A model generated the notes under the pieces. The model searched no databases. It was not told the origin of the DNA and saw nothing but the letters and a program-made list of their open reading frames with translations. A DNA stretch of 64,000 bases from Patescibacteria group bacterium (GTDB lineage: Bacteria > Patescibacteriota > Patescibacteriia > Patescibacteriales > UBA12465). Positions 1 through 8,832 of the stretch are shown here, in pieces (positions within the stretch are counted from its first letter, which is position 1; the number at the start of each line of letters is the position of its first letter). The position numbers and the translations under genes were made by a program. The stretch lies in NCBI GenBank assembly GCA_049318005.1, contig JBMOHE010000001.1, positions 117,995 through 181,994 of the forward strand, read 5' to 3'.

Positions 1-1228
1 GACCGGTTAAAGCTGAGTGAACAGCGATATCAGCGGTTTCGTTATCTCGAATCTCGCCAATCATTATAATATCTGGATTTTGACGAAGCAAGGCTCTTAA
101 ACCATTAGCGAAAGTGACTCCTGCTTTTGCGTTTACCTGGGTTTGATTGATACTCGCCACCTCATATTCAATTGGATCCTCAATAGTAGTTATATTAACT
201 TTAGGGGTATTTAGAATATGTAAAATAGAATAAAGGGTTGTTGTTTTACCGTGACCAGTCGGCCCAGTAACCAGAATCATACCGTGAGGTTTTTTTATTT
301 CCTCATTAATAATTAATTCCAACTCTTCGTTAATTCCTAAATCAAATAAGGATAAAGGCTTAGCTGAACTTTTTAATAAGCGCATTTCCGCTTTTTCTCC
401 GTTTAAAACTGGCATTACATTTACACGAATATCAACGCGTGTTCCCGCCTCTAAATTAAAATGAAAACGCCCGTCCTGAGGAATGCGATGCTCATCGATT
501 TGCATGCCGGCCAAAATTTTAACTCGAGCCACTAATATCTGACTAATATCACTAGGGAGAGATAAAATTTCTTGCATTACGCCGTCAACACGATACCTAA
601 CCATTAATTTTTTTGGCAATGGTTCAAAATGGATATCAGAAGCGTTCATCATGATAGCGTTTTCGAGAATACTATCTAAAATACTGACAATCGGCACTGC
701 CTCAGCAATTCTTGCCAAATCCGTTTCTCCACTTAAAGACACCGACTGCTTAATACTCTCTTCAATGATTTGATTAAAATTGGTCCCAATAGTTTTTCGG
801 TATTGTTTAAAAACAAAGTTTAAGCTCGTTGATGAGGTTAAATAAACATCAAGCCACAAATCATATTTAGCTCTAATAAAATTAATTATTTCTAAATCGA
901 GCGGATTGAGCATGGCTATCTTAGCAGTTTTAGCCGCTTGATTATATTCAAAAATAACCGCGCTATTACTCTTAACAAAAGCTTCTGGAAGTAGGCCTAG
1001 CGCTTCAGCGGGAATAATAACTTTCTTTAAGTTAATAATTGGTACGTTAAAATAAGGCGCTAAAAGTTCTAGCAAGAAATCCTCAGATATTTCTTCTCTC
1101 CCCACTAAAACATCGGCTATTTTTTGACCAGAGCGAAAAGCCTCAGCCTTAGCGTCCTCAAAGACTTTTTCAGTTATTAAATCTGAATTTAATAAAAGCT
1201 CCTTTAATTTTTCTTCTTTAATATACAT
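1..1228 (-). CDS. pilB: Type IV pilus/T2SS assembly ATPase, GspE/PilB family (runs off the left edge, C-terminus missing)
   Basis: Manual translation from ATG at 1228 (MYIKEEKLKELLL...): ASDIHFEP, Walker A VTGPTGHGKTTT, TIEDPIEY, LRQNPDIIMIGEIRDNETA, ALTG. Confidence 0.93.
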   Translation of the reverse strand, partial: MYIKEEKLKELLLNSDLITEKVFEDAKAEAFRSGQKIADVLVGREEISEDFLLELLAPYFNVPIINLKKVIIPAEALGLLPEAFVKSNSAVIFEYNQAAKTAKIAMLNPLDLEIINFIRAKYDLWLDVYLTSSTSLNFVFKQYRKTIGTNFNQIIEESIKQSVSLSGETDLARIAEAVPIVSILDSILENAIMMNASDIHFEPLPKKLMVRYRVDGVMQEILSLPSDISQILVARVKILAGMQIDEHRIPQDGRFHFNLEAGTRVDIRVNVMPVLNGEKAEMRLLKSSAKPLSLFDLGINEELELIINEEIKKPHGMILVTGPTGHGKTTTLYSILHILNTPKVNITTIEDPIEYEVASINQTQVNAKAGVTFANGLRALLRQNPDIIMIGEIRDNETADIAVHSALTG

Positions 1229-1299
1229 GTAAAAAAATAAAATTTATAAGTATTTTATAAAAATATTATAACATATTTTAGGTCAAAAATACATAAAAA

Positions 1300-1917
1300 T
1301 TAAATCCATAAAACGTTTAAATTAAAAACTTGAAGCAAATAACTAGCCCCCAATAAACTTAGAATAAGAGCCAATAATATTAAGCTAATCCAGTTAATCC
1401 CCGGCCTCTTTAAAATAATATTATTAAACAATACATATATGATACCAAGGCCTAAAAATAGACCAACGAAAATGATAATTTTTGGCCAAGAAATCAATAA
1501 ACTGGCTAAAAATAATAAAAATAATTCGTTATTATTAATGAATCCTGGTCTATATTTTTGATAAATTTTAAAAACAAAAAAGATAAGTGAACTAATAAAC
1601 AGAGTGATAATATTAGCCAAGAAAAAATGGAAAAAACAATAAGAAATGAAATATGACCAAGGCTGATAAGGAGGCAGAAAAAAAACACTGAAACCATTGC
1701 CACTCCAAACGAAGTACTGAATGAGCACTAAGGAAAAATCAAAAACGGCGCTTGTTCCTAGTACAAAATAAACTAATTTTTTAAAGGATAATTTTCTAAA
1801 AATATTAAAATATTTTTGCCTAGCCGATAAAGAATGAAATATAGCTAAAATTAAAATTAAAAAAATAAAAATACTAGGGGCCCAAGCAAGAAATTGACTA
1901 AGAAAAATATTTGTCAT
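1300..1917 (-). CDS. Polytopic membrane protein, possibly a degenerate prepilin-peptidase-like protein
   Basis: 205 aa with about 6 hydrophobic segments; sits between a pilin and pilB; no clear catalytic GD motif. Confidence 0.6.
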   Translation of the reverse strand: MTNIFLSQFLAWAPSIFIFLILILAIFHSLSARQKYFNIFRKLSFKKLVYFVLGTSAVFDFSLVLIQYFVWSGNGFSVFFLPPYQPWSYFISYCFFHFFLANIITLFISSLIFFVFKIYQKYRPGFINNNELFLLFLASLLISWPKIIIFVGLFLGLGIIYVLFNNIILKRPGINWISLILLALILSLLGASYLLQVFNLNVLWI

Positions 1918-1979
1918 ATATAATGCGTAAAAAAAATATAGAGTTAAAACATATTCCTATTAACAATTATAACAAAAAA

Positions 1980-2002
1980 ATAGCCCCTTAAAAAGGGGCT
2001 AT
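1980..2002. terminator. Intrinsic terminator hairpin after the pilin gene
   Basis: ATAGCCCCTT-AAA-AAGGGGCTAT inverted repeat with an A-tract on the left (U-tract on the - strand). Confidence 0.8.
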
Positions 2003-2024
2003 TTAAAAATATAAATTTTTTAAT

Positions 2025-2723
2025 TTAGAAATCTGTACCAGTACCAAGAATAGTTAAATCAGTACCAACTTCATAATAATTTGCATTATTACCACCGTCC
2101 TTAGACATCTTATTGTCATCTGAGGTATAAGCAGTACTTTCTAAACGTGCATCGATTTCATATTTACCAGTTGATTCCATGCAAGCATAGCGATAAACAA
2201 GGTCAGTATTAACAACTCCGCCGACTGTCATAGTATTAACTGGATCGATAGGTAAATTAGAGATTGGAGAGCCACCAGGTAAACCGCTTAGGTTAACTGG
2301 CAACCAGCCGCTAGCATTAGTTAAAGCTAAGTTAGCATTAGTTGCTTGTTTGCCTCCAAAAGTAGATGTAAAGGTGGTTGCGTCTAAAACTTTATCAGTA
2401 ATAGCTGCACCTGGAGCATCGCTTGGGTAGCTATAATAAATTTGATCTTCGCCAGTCTGCCAAGTAGCAAGAGAAGCTGTTCCCTTACAGGCGACATTAG
2501 AAGCGCCAGCCATCAAAGGAGTCGTGGTGCTAGTTGAGTAAAGGCCTAACGCAGTTTTAATAGTTGCTAAATCCGACATTCTTTGTGAGTCACGTGACTT
2601 CTTTAAAGTTTCAGATGGATCTAGTACTAAGATTAAAATAACCGATAAAACAGCGATAATCGCTATTACAATTAAAAGTTCCAATAATGTAAAACCTTGA
2701 TTTTTTGTTGTTTTTTTATTCAT
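2025..2723 (-). CDS. Type IV pilin-like protein
   Basis: Prepilin cleavage/N-methylation motif KNQG/FTLLELLIVIAIIAVL, then RDSQRMSDL; likely start MNKKT at 2723. Confidence 0.9.
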   Translation of the reverse strand: MNKKTTKNQGFTLLELLIVIAIIAVLSVILILVLDPSETLKKSRDSQRMSDLATIKTALGLYSTSTTTPLMAGASNVACKGTASLATWQTGEDQIYYSYPSDAPGAAITDKVLDATTFTSTFGGKQATNANLALTNASGWLPVNLSGLPGGSPISNLPIDPVNTMTVGGVVNTDLVYRYACMESTGKYEIDARLESTAYTSDDNKMSKDGGNNANYYEVGTDLTILGTGTDF

Positions 2724-2897
2724 AAATTTTATAAAGTGAATCAATAAATACACTTTATTTTAACGTTAAACCCTTATTATCTTACACTAATAATTTTAGC
2801 AAATTAAATAAAAACGTGCAATAATAAAACTGAAAAATATGAATATATAGGCAATTTTAGAAATATATGTTAAAATACCCCTATAATTACAAGCTAT

Positions 2898-3263
2898 ATG
2901 GGGAAAAATAATGTAAAAAAAATACTTCTTGTCGAAGATGATAAGGCGATAGCAAAGGCCCTAGGAATAAAACTCTCTCATTTTGAGGTTGACTTAGCTC
3001 ATGACGGCGAAGAAGCAATCGAGGCAATTGCTAAAAAGAATTATGATTTAATTCTTTTAGACATTATGATGCCAAAATTAGACGGCTTTGGCGTTATGGA
3101 GGCAATGAAAAAGAAAAAAAATACAACCCCAATCTTTATTCTTACTAATTTGAATCAGGATGACGATGTAAAACGAGCCAAGGATTTAGGGGCAAAAGAC
3201 TTTTTAGTAAAATCAAATATTAGTCTCCTGGAAATAGTCAATAAAATAAACAACTTTTTTTAA
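2898..3263 (+). CDS. Single-domain response regulator (CheY-like receiver)
   Basis: ILLVEDD, LLDIMMPKLDG, LTN, GAKDFLVK motifs. Confidence 0.93.
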   Translation: MGKNNVKKILLVEDDKAIAKALGIKLSHFEVDLAHDGEEAIEAIAKKNYDLILLDIMMPKLDGFGVMEAMKKKKNTTPIFILTNLNQDDDVKRAKDLGAKDFLVKSNISLLEIVNKINNFF

Positions 3264-3293
3264 AAAAATCCGGAATTTACTCCGGATTTTTTT
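3262..3293. terminator. Bidirectional terminator
   Basis: AAAAAAATCCGGA-ATTTAC-TCCGGATTTTTTT between convergent genes. Confidence 0.85.
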
Positions 3294-3318
3294 ATAATTA
3301 AAAAGAAAAATTTGAGAA

Positions 3319-4008
3319 TTATTGTCCAAATAGATGACCAATATAATAACCCGCTAAAGCAGCTCCCATTCCGATCAAGACCATCTGAATCCCTGTTTTC
3401 CAAGGACTGCCAACTGTTGCCTTAGCTTTATAAATTCCCACAAACAGTAAAACAATTGCAGAAACTATCAAAGAACAGATAATCGCTGATCCAATTGGTA
3501 AAAGAAAAAATGGGGTTAAGGGAACAAAAGATCCAACTAACGCCGCAAAGCCAACCACAAAACTTCCCTGATAAATATCTTTATTCTTTATTTCAGTTAA
3601 CTCTAGCTCTTCCTTCATCATTATCTTCAACCACTGTTCATCGTTACTCGTGATTTTAGCCACGATTTCTTCTAGTAAAGCTCCGTCAAATCCCTTATCT
3701 CGATAGATTTCTCTTATTTCCTCTCTCTCTAATTCTGGCAATTCCTTAATTTCTCTTTTCTCTCTTTCTAGCTCTGAAAAATAGTGATCTCGTTCAGCCA
3801 TTTTAGAAGTTAGGGCTACCGCCGCCATCGAGATACTTTCGGCAAAAGTCGCCGCCATGCCAGCCGCAATAATTACCTTATAGCTACTAGTAGCCGCAGC
3901 GACACCTAAGATAACCCCGAGAACATTAACTAGACCATCTTGACCGCCGAGTATGATGTCAGATAGAGTTGAATTCTTCCCGACTTTAGATAATTCTTGT
4001 TTATGCAT
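3319..4008 (-). CDS. VIT1/CCC1 family iron/manganese transporter
   Basis: DIILGGQDGLV, AESISMA, ELEREKREI...EREEIREIY, MMKEEL motifs and 5 TM segments. Confidence 0.92.
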   Translation of the reverse strand: MHKQELSKVGKNSTLSDIILGGQDGLVNVLGVILGVAAATSSYKVIIAAGMAATFAESISMAAVALTSKMAERDHYFSELEREKREIKELPELEREEIREIYRDKGFDGALLEEIVAKITSNDEQWLKIMMKEELELTEIKNKDIYQGSFVVGFAALVGSFVPLTPFFLLPIGSAIICSLIVSAIVLLFVGIYKAKATVGSPWKTGIQMVLIGMGAALAGYYIGHLFGQ

Positions 4009-4066
4009 ATATTTTATTTATTATTTTAATAATATCATAATATTTAATTTTAATGTAGTTCAAATA

Positions 4067-4096
4067 TTGACCTCCCTCTTATTTAAATGATATACT
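4067..4096 (+). promoter_or_regulatory. Sigma70 promoter for riboswitch-metK
   Basis: TTGACC (4067) with an 18-nt spacer to TATACT (4091), with a TG extension. Confidence 0.65.
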
Positions 4097-4116
4097 AATT
4101 TTACAATTGAATAATG

Positions 4117-4216
4117 TTTATTAAGAGTGCAGCGAGGAATCTAGTCCTATGACCTGCCGGCAACCCCGAAATAATCCCTTCGGTAGGTGCTTCTAGCCCA
4201 ATTCGGGAAAGATAAA
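4117..4216 (+). ncRNA. SAM-I (S-box) riboswitch aptamer
   Basis: TTATTAAGAG...GAGGAATCTAGTCCTATGA...CGGCAACC...GGTGC...GGGAAAGATAA matches the SAM-I consensus order; lies directly upstream of metK. Confidence 0.85.
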
Positions 4217-4237
4217 GGTCAATTATTATTGCATCGG

Positions 4238-4266
4238 CTCTTTCCTGAACGGGATAAGAGTTTTTT
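4238..4266 (+). terminator. Riboswitch expression-platform terminator
   Basis: CTCTTTCCTG...CGGGATAAGAG hairpin followed by a T-run, before the metK start. Confidence 0.7.
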
Positions 4267-4298
4267 ATTTTAAAAATTAATTATCTAAATCTAAATTT

Positions 4299-5288
4299 AT
4301 GTTAAAAACAGCCGAAAGCGTTTCTCCGAGTCATCCTGATAAATTATGTGATCGAATTAGCGATGCTATTTTAGATTATTGTCTAAATAATGATAAAGAT
4401 AGCCGCGTAGCAATTGAAACAATGGGTGGACACGGACTTATAACTATAACTGGCGAGCTAACTACTAATGGTCAAATTGATTTAGGAGAAATTATTAAAA
4501 TCGCTAAACGTATTGGCGGAGAAAATAATGAAATTAAAATTAATATAATAGCACAGAGCCCAGAAATTTCACGCGGCGTTGATACGGGCGGCGCTGGAGA
4601 TCAAGGTATTATGGTTGGTTATGCTTGTAACGATAACGACTCATTAATTCCACAAGAAACATATTTAACACGTAGCCTTTGTAACTACATATACGAACGT
4701 CATCCTTATGACGGCAAAACCCAGGTTACTTTAAACAATGGTAAAATAAAAACAATCGTTGTTAGTTTTTGCAAATTGCCAAAAGAAGATATTTTAAAAT
4801 TTACTAAAGAGTGGTGGCAAAAATTATCAAATAAAGAAATTGATTTTGAAATACTGGCTAATCCAGCCGGTGACTGGAGTCAAGGCGGATTCGAAGCTGA
4901 TACTGGTCTAACAGGACGAAAATTAGCGATCGACAATTACGGTCCACAAATTCCAATCGGTGGCGGCGCCTTTAGTGGAAAAGATTCAAGCAAGGTTGAT
5001 AGATCGGGTGCCTATATGGCGAGAAGGATTGCGGTTGATTTATTAAAAGAAAATGATTTTAAAGAAGTTATAGTAAAAATAGCTTATGCAATTGGAAAAA
5101 AGGAACCAGTCATGACTAGCTTTGAGGCGACTAATAATAAAGATGAAAAAATCTCCGGCGAAATAGATAGCCAAAAATACGACTTAACCCCCTTGGGAAT
5201 TATTAATTTTCTAGAGTTAAAAAATCCTCAATTTGAAAAGACGGCTGAATGGGGATCATTCGGACATGGCTTTACTTGGGATAAATAA
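4299..5288 (+). CDS. metK: S-adenosylmethionine synthetase
   Basis: AESVSPSHPDKLCDRISD, GAGDQG, DTGLTGRK, GGGAFSGKDSSKVDRS. Confidence 0.97.
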   Translation: MLKTAESVSPSHPDKLCDRISDAILDYCLNNDKDSRVAIETMGGHGLITITGELTTNGQIDLGEIIKIAKRIGGENNEIKINIIAQSPEISRGVDTGGAGDQGIMVGYACNDNDSLIPQETYLTRSLCNYIYERHPYDGKTQVTLNNGKIKTIVVSFCKLPKEDILKFTKEWWQKLSNKEIDFEILANPAGDWSQGGFEADTGLTGRKLAIDNYGPQIPIGGGAFSGKDSSKVDRSGAYMARRIAVDLLKENDFKEVIVKIAYAIGKKEPVMTSFEATNNKDEKISGEIDSQKYDLTPLGIINFLELKNPQFEKTAEWGSFGHGFTWDK

Positions 5289-5364
5289 ATATATTTCCTC
5301 CGAGCTAAAAGTAAACTTAAATAAATCTTCAGAAAATTCTCTATTTTTGCTATACTAAATATCT

Positions 5365-6162
5365 ATGAAAAATACTAAGAAAATTGGCCTAGCTTTAAGT
5401 AGTGGCGGAATTCGCGGTTTTGCTTTAATTGGCGTTCTCAAAGCCCTTGAAGAAAATAATATATCAATTGATATAATTAGCGGCGCTTCAAGTGGTTCTA
5501 TCGTAGCCGCACATTACGCGCTTTATAAAAACTCCGACTTACTAAAAGAGGCAATTATAAAAAATTCTATAAAACTTCCCTCTATTTGGGATCTTGGTTT
5601 TAGGGGCGGATTAGTTAAGGGAAACAAACTTAAAAAACTAACCACAGAAATGTTTGGAAAAAATAAATTTTCAAATACAAAGATACCCCTTGAAATAGTC
5701 GCGACTAATTTACGAGATGGCGGAGAATATATTTTTTCTAAAGGTGAAATTGCTTTTAGTGTTCAGGCTAGTTGCGCTGTTCCAGTATTATTTGAACCAG
5801 TAAAAACCAAAAATCAATCTTTCGTTGATGGCGGATTAAGCGATCCTGTTCCCGTCAAAGCTCTAAAAAATATGGGAGCCGATATAACTATTGCGGTCAA
5901 CCTTTATCATAAAAATGAATTTATCAATAGAAAGTTTACGGTTATTAAAGTTGCTTTACGGAGCTCAAGAATTGCAATATATAATCTCGCCCAACATTCT
6001 ATTAGAGAGGCTAATATCGTTATCGCACCAGATTTATCTGAGTTCACACTTGATAATAAATTAAAAAAACATACGAGCACACTTGGAATTGAAAAAATTA
6101 TAAAAGTTGGCTACGAGGAAACCTTAAAGCATATTAAAGATATTAAAAAATTAATAAAATAA
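5365..6162 (+). CDS. Patatin-like phospholipase (RssA/NTE family)
   Basis: GLALSSGGIRG, GASSG nucleophile elbow, ASCAVP, VDGG. Confidence 0.92.
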   Translation: MKNTKKIGLALSSGGIRGFALIGVLKALEENNISIDIISGASSGSIVAAHYALYKNSDLLKEAIIKNSIKLPSIWDLGFRGGLVKGNKLKKLTTEMFGKNKFSNTKIPLEIVATNLRDGGEYIFSKGEIAFSVQASCAVPVLFEPVKTKNQSFVDGGLSDPVPVKALKNMGADITIAVNLYHKNEFINRKFTVIKVALRSSRIAIYNLAQHSIREANIVIAPDLSEFTLDNKLKKHTSTLGIEKIIKVGYEETLKHIKDIKKLIK

Positions 6163-6175
6163 AAACTCCTTAATT

Positions 6176-6209
6176 AAAAAAAGAGAACTTATTTAAAGTT
6201 CTCTTTTTT
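6176..6209. terminator. Bidirectional terminator
   Basis: AAAAAAGAGAACTT-ATTT-AAAGTTCTCTTTTTT between convergent genes. Confidence 0.8.
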
Positions 6210-6224
6210 ATTTATAAATTTTGT

Positions 6225-8339
6225 TTATCTATTAATGCCCTCTGGCGAAGCAGTATTAACTCCCGTTTTCGTGCCAGGGCCACTATATGCATTCCCTAAA
6301 CAAAAAGTCAGAGTATAAGCAGTTGAAGTCGCCCCCTTACTATCTGTTTTATATGTATAACGATTAGAACCATTTTTATCAAGACATTTTCCGTCAACTG
6401 GTAGCGGGGCGATCGGAATAGTTGCCATATAAACGGACGAGGTAGTTTTAATAGATTTTGAATTAAATTCTTTAACCGATGGATAATAATTCATCTCATT
6501 ATAATACATTTCCAGAGCAGTCTGGATTGTTTTTATATCAGATATGCGACGAGCGTCCCTCGCTTTAATTCTAGCTGACTCAAGGGCATCGATAATGCTT
6601 GTAGAACTAGCTGAACTAGAGCCGGAATTAGAAACCGTACCAGGAGGAGTTAATGAGTCGTTACTATTTATAGTATTTATATCCTTTGGACCATAATCTT
6701 TCTTATCCGCCTCACTAAGTGGCATTAATTTTCCATCTCCTAATGGATTATACCCACCCTTAACTTCTTGTCCATCAACAAAACTATCATCATCAGTATC
6801 TGAATTATTAGGGTCTGTTCCGTAATCTAATTCATCACTATCTGACAAACCATCACCATCAGTATCTGAGTTAAGCGGATTTATTTTAAACTTTAATTCC
6901 CAAGAGTCGCTTACGCCGTCATAATCAGAATCAATATAATCAGAAGTAATTTCTGAGCCGCTTGCTAATAAAGAAGAATCATCAAGCATTTCACTATCAG
7001 AGCCAAAGCTCATTCCGCCCATTAAGCCGCTTATTACTTCCATGAATGGCTTAGCGTCTTGAGGGGCTTCGACTTTAGCTGGAACATTAAAGTTTTTAAA
7101 TAATAAAGTTAAATTACTCTGATTAGCTACAGGCTCCTCGGCAGTAGCTTTCATTTTTATGTTTAAACTAACTTTATATGGGCGATAATCTTTTTTACCG
7201 ATAGAAATTTCACCATCTATAGTTTCCAGCTTATCAATTTGCTCACTACTACTAGCTATTTCTTGAGCAGTATATGGTTTCCCAGTCATTAAAGGATTGG
7301 CCTCAGAAATAAATTTTTTAAGTGCTTCTTTATCAACTACATATTTATAATGATAGGTATCCCGTCCTTCAATTACTTCGCTCTTTAAAGTTTCAGTAAT
7401 TTTAATTACTTTAGATTGCTTAAACAAATCATTCAATTTACTAACTTTATCAGCTGATACTTTATCTTCTACTGGCGTACTTGAGCTTGTGCCTAATTTA
7501 TCATTTAGAGTTTCATTGTTTTTAATTCCCTCATCAATAACTGACTGCTCAAATTTCATCCATTTATTAGCTAAGGGGTCTAAACTAATAAAACCGATAT
7601 TGGGTAAAGCGGTAAATTTAAAATACAAAAATTTAGCAAGCGATCTCATTTCTAGACCAATTGAAGTTTCGTCCTTCCCAAGTAAATCACTTTTTAAATT
7701 TAATATTAATGAATTTTTAGAATCATCTTTTACTAAATTATCGGTTAAGCCGCTGAAGCTAAGCAAAAAATTACTTACTTTTTTTTCAGTCATTGGAGTC
7801 GCGGGGATATTGGCAACTACTTTTAATTCTCCAGAATACTCAATCGCCTTAATATCCTTCAGGCCAATCATCATTTTTTGAATATTTTTTTCAGGAGAAT
7901 AAAAATATGCATTATAAGCCAAAACGCCACCGCCAATCAAAGCTAGGCCAGCTAAAACTATACCGAAAATTATTAAAATCTTCTTTATATTTTTTGGGGC
8001 TGAAAATAGCATTTTTTTTGGTTTAGCACTAGCCAAAACTGGTTCCTCAATAACCTGCTTTTCTTTTGGCGCCGACTCTATAGCGGGCTCACTTGCAACT
8101 ACTTCTTTTGTTTGAGACTCTTTTATGGCCACCTCTTTTATAAGTGCTGATTTTTCTATTTGCTTAATCGTCTCTTTATCAAGCGGTTCTTTTACAACTG
8201 GTTTGGTTAAAGAATTAAAAGCATCAGCAATATCAGGTACTTGCCAGCCGATAGCCAAAAGATCACTCTCAATTTTTTCCCGCTTATCTCCGAGTTTTAT
8301 TTCTTGATTAATATAATCAATTAATTGTTGGCTAGCCAT
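6225..8339 (-). CDS. Membrane-anchored surface protein with Ca-binding DxDxDG repeats and a C-terminal pilin-like globular domain
   Basis: One TM near aa 120; DSDYDGVSD/DTDGDGLSD/DTDDDSFVD repeats; ARIKARDARRISDIKTIQTALEMYY..YP pilin/GspG-like helix at the C-terminus. Confidence 0.75.
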   Translation of the reverse strand: MASQQLIDYINQEIKLGDKREKIESDLLAIGWQVPDIADAFNSLTKPVVKEPLDKETIKQIEKSALIKEVAIKESQTKEVVASEPAIESAPKEKQVIEEPVLASAKPKKMLFSAPKNIKKILIIFGIVLAGLALIGGGVLAYNAYFYSPEKNIQKMMIGLKDIKAIEYSGELKVVANIPATPMTEKKVSNFLLSFSGLTDNLVKDDSKNSLILNLKSDLLGKDETSIGLEMRSLAKFLYFKFTALPNIGFISLDPLANKWMKFEQSVIDEGIKNNETLNDKLGTSSSTPVEDKVSADKVSKLNDLFKQSKVIKITETLKSEVIEGRDTYHYKYVVDKEALKKFISEANPLMTGKPYTAQEIASSSEQIDKLETIDGEISIGKKDYRPYKVSLNIKMKATAEEPVANQSNLTLLFKNFNVPAKVEAPQDAKPFMEVISGLMGGMSFGSDSEMLDDSSLLASGSEITSDYIDSDYDGVSDSWELKFKINPLNSDTDGDGLSDSDELDYGTDPNNSDTDDDSFVDGQEVKGGYNPLGDGKLMPLSEADKKDYGPKDINTINSNDSLTPPGTVSNSGSSSASSTSIIDALESARIKARDARRISDIKTIQTALEMYYNEMNYYPSVKEFNSKSIKTTSSVYMATIPIAPLPVDGKCLDKNGSNRYTYKTDSKGATSTAYTLTFCLGNAYSGPGTKTGVNTASPEGINR

Positions 8340-8357
8340 AATAATATAATGAGTTAA

Positions 8358-8822
8358 TTAAATTTTTTCTCTAATTCTTAAATCGTAAAAATGTAAATTA
8401 ATTCTAAAAAGAATTTCATTAAAGGCCTGTTTAGATTTATCTGGCATTCCAGAGGATTCTATTTCGCTATTTGCAAGTTCAAGATTAATTATATTTTTGT
8501 CTATCATTTCTGAAATATTCTCTAAACCAGAACCTAATTCGGAAGAAATTAAAAACAAACAAGATGTAAATAATTTATCATTACTTGAAATAACGCCGCT
8601 AGATTCTAAATAAGCCAATATATCTAATAATTCTTTTTTATTCTCATTTAATTCTTTATAAATATCATTTAAAACCTCTCTATTTAAAAGCTCCTCCCTG
8701 CTTAATTCCTCGATATTTTTATGCTTACATTTAGAAAAATCGTCTAAAGTTTCAAAGGCATTTTTATTTAAAACAGGAATAGCATCAACTCTATACTTAG
8801 GAATAAATTTTATTTCTTTCAT
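8358..8822 (-). CDS. Hypothetical protein
   Basis: 154-aa ORF closely following the 1692-aa gene. Confidence 0.7.
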   Translation of the reverse strand: MKEIKFIPKYRVDAIPVLNKNAFETLDDFSKCKHKNIEELSREELLNREVLNDIYKELNENKKELLDILAYLESSGVISSNDKLFTSCLFLISSELGSGLENISEMIDKNIINLELANSEIESSGMPDKSKQAFNEILFRINLHFYDLRIREKI

Positions 8823-8832
8823 ATTATTATAA

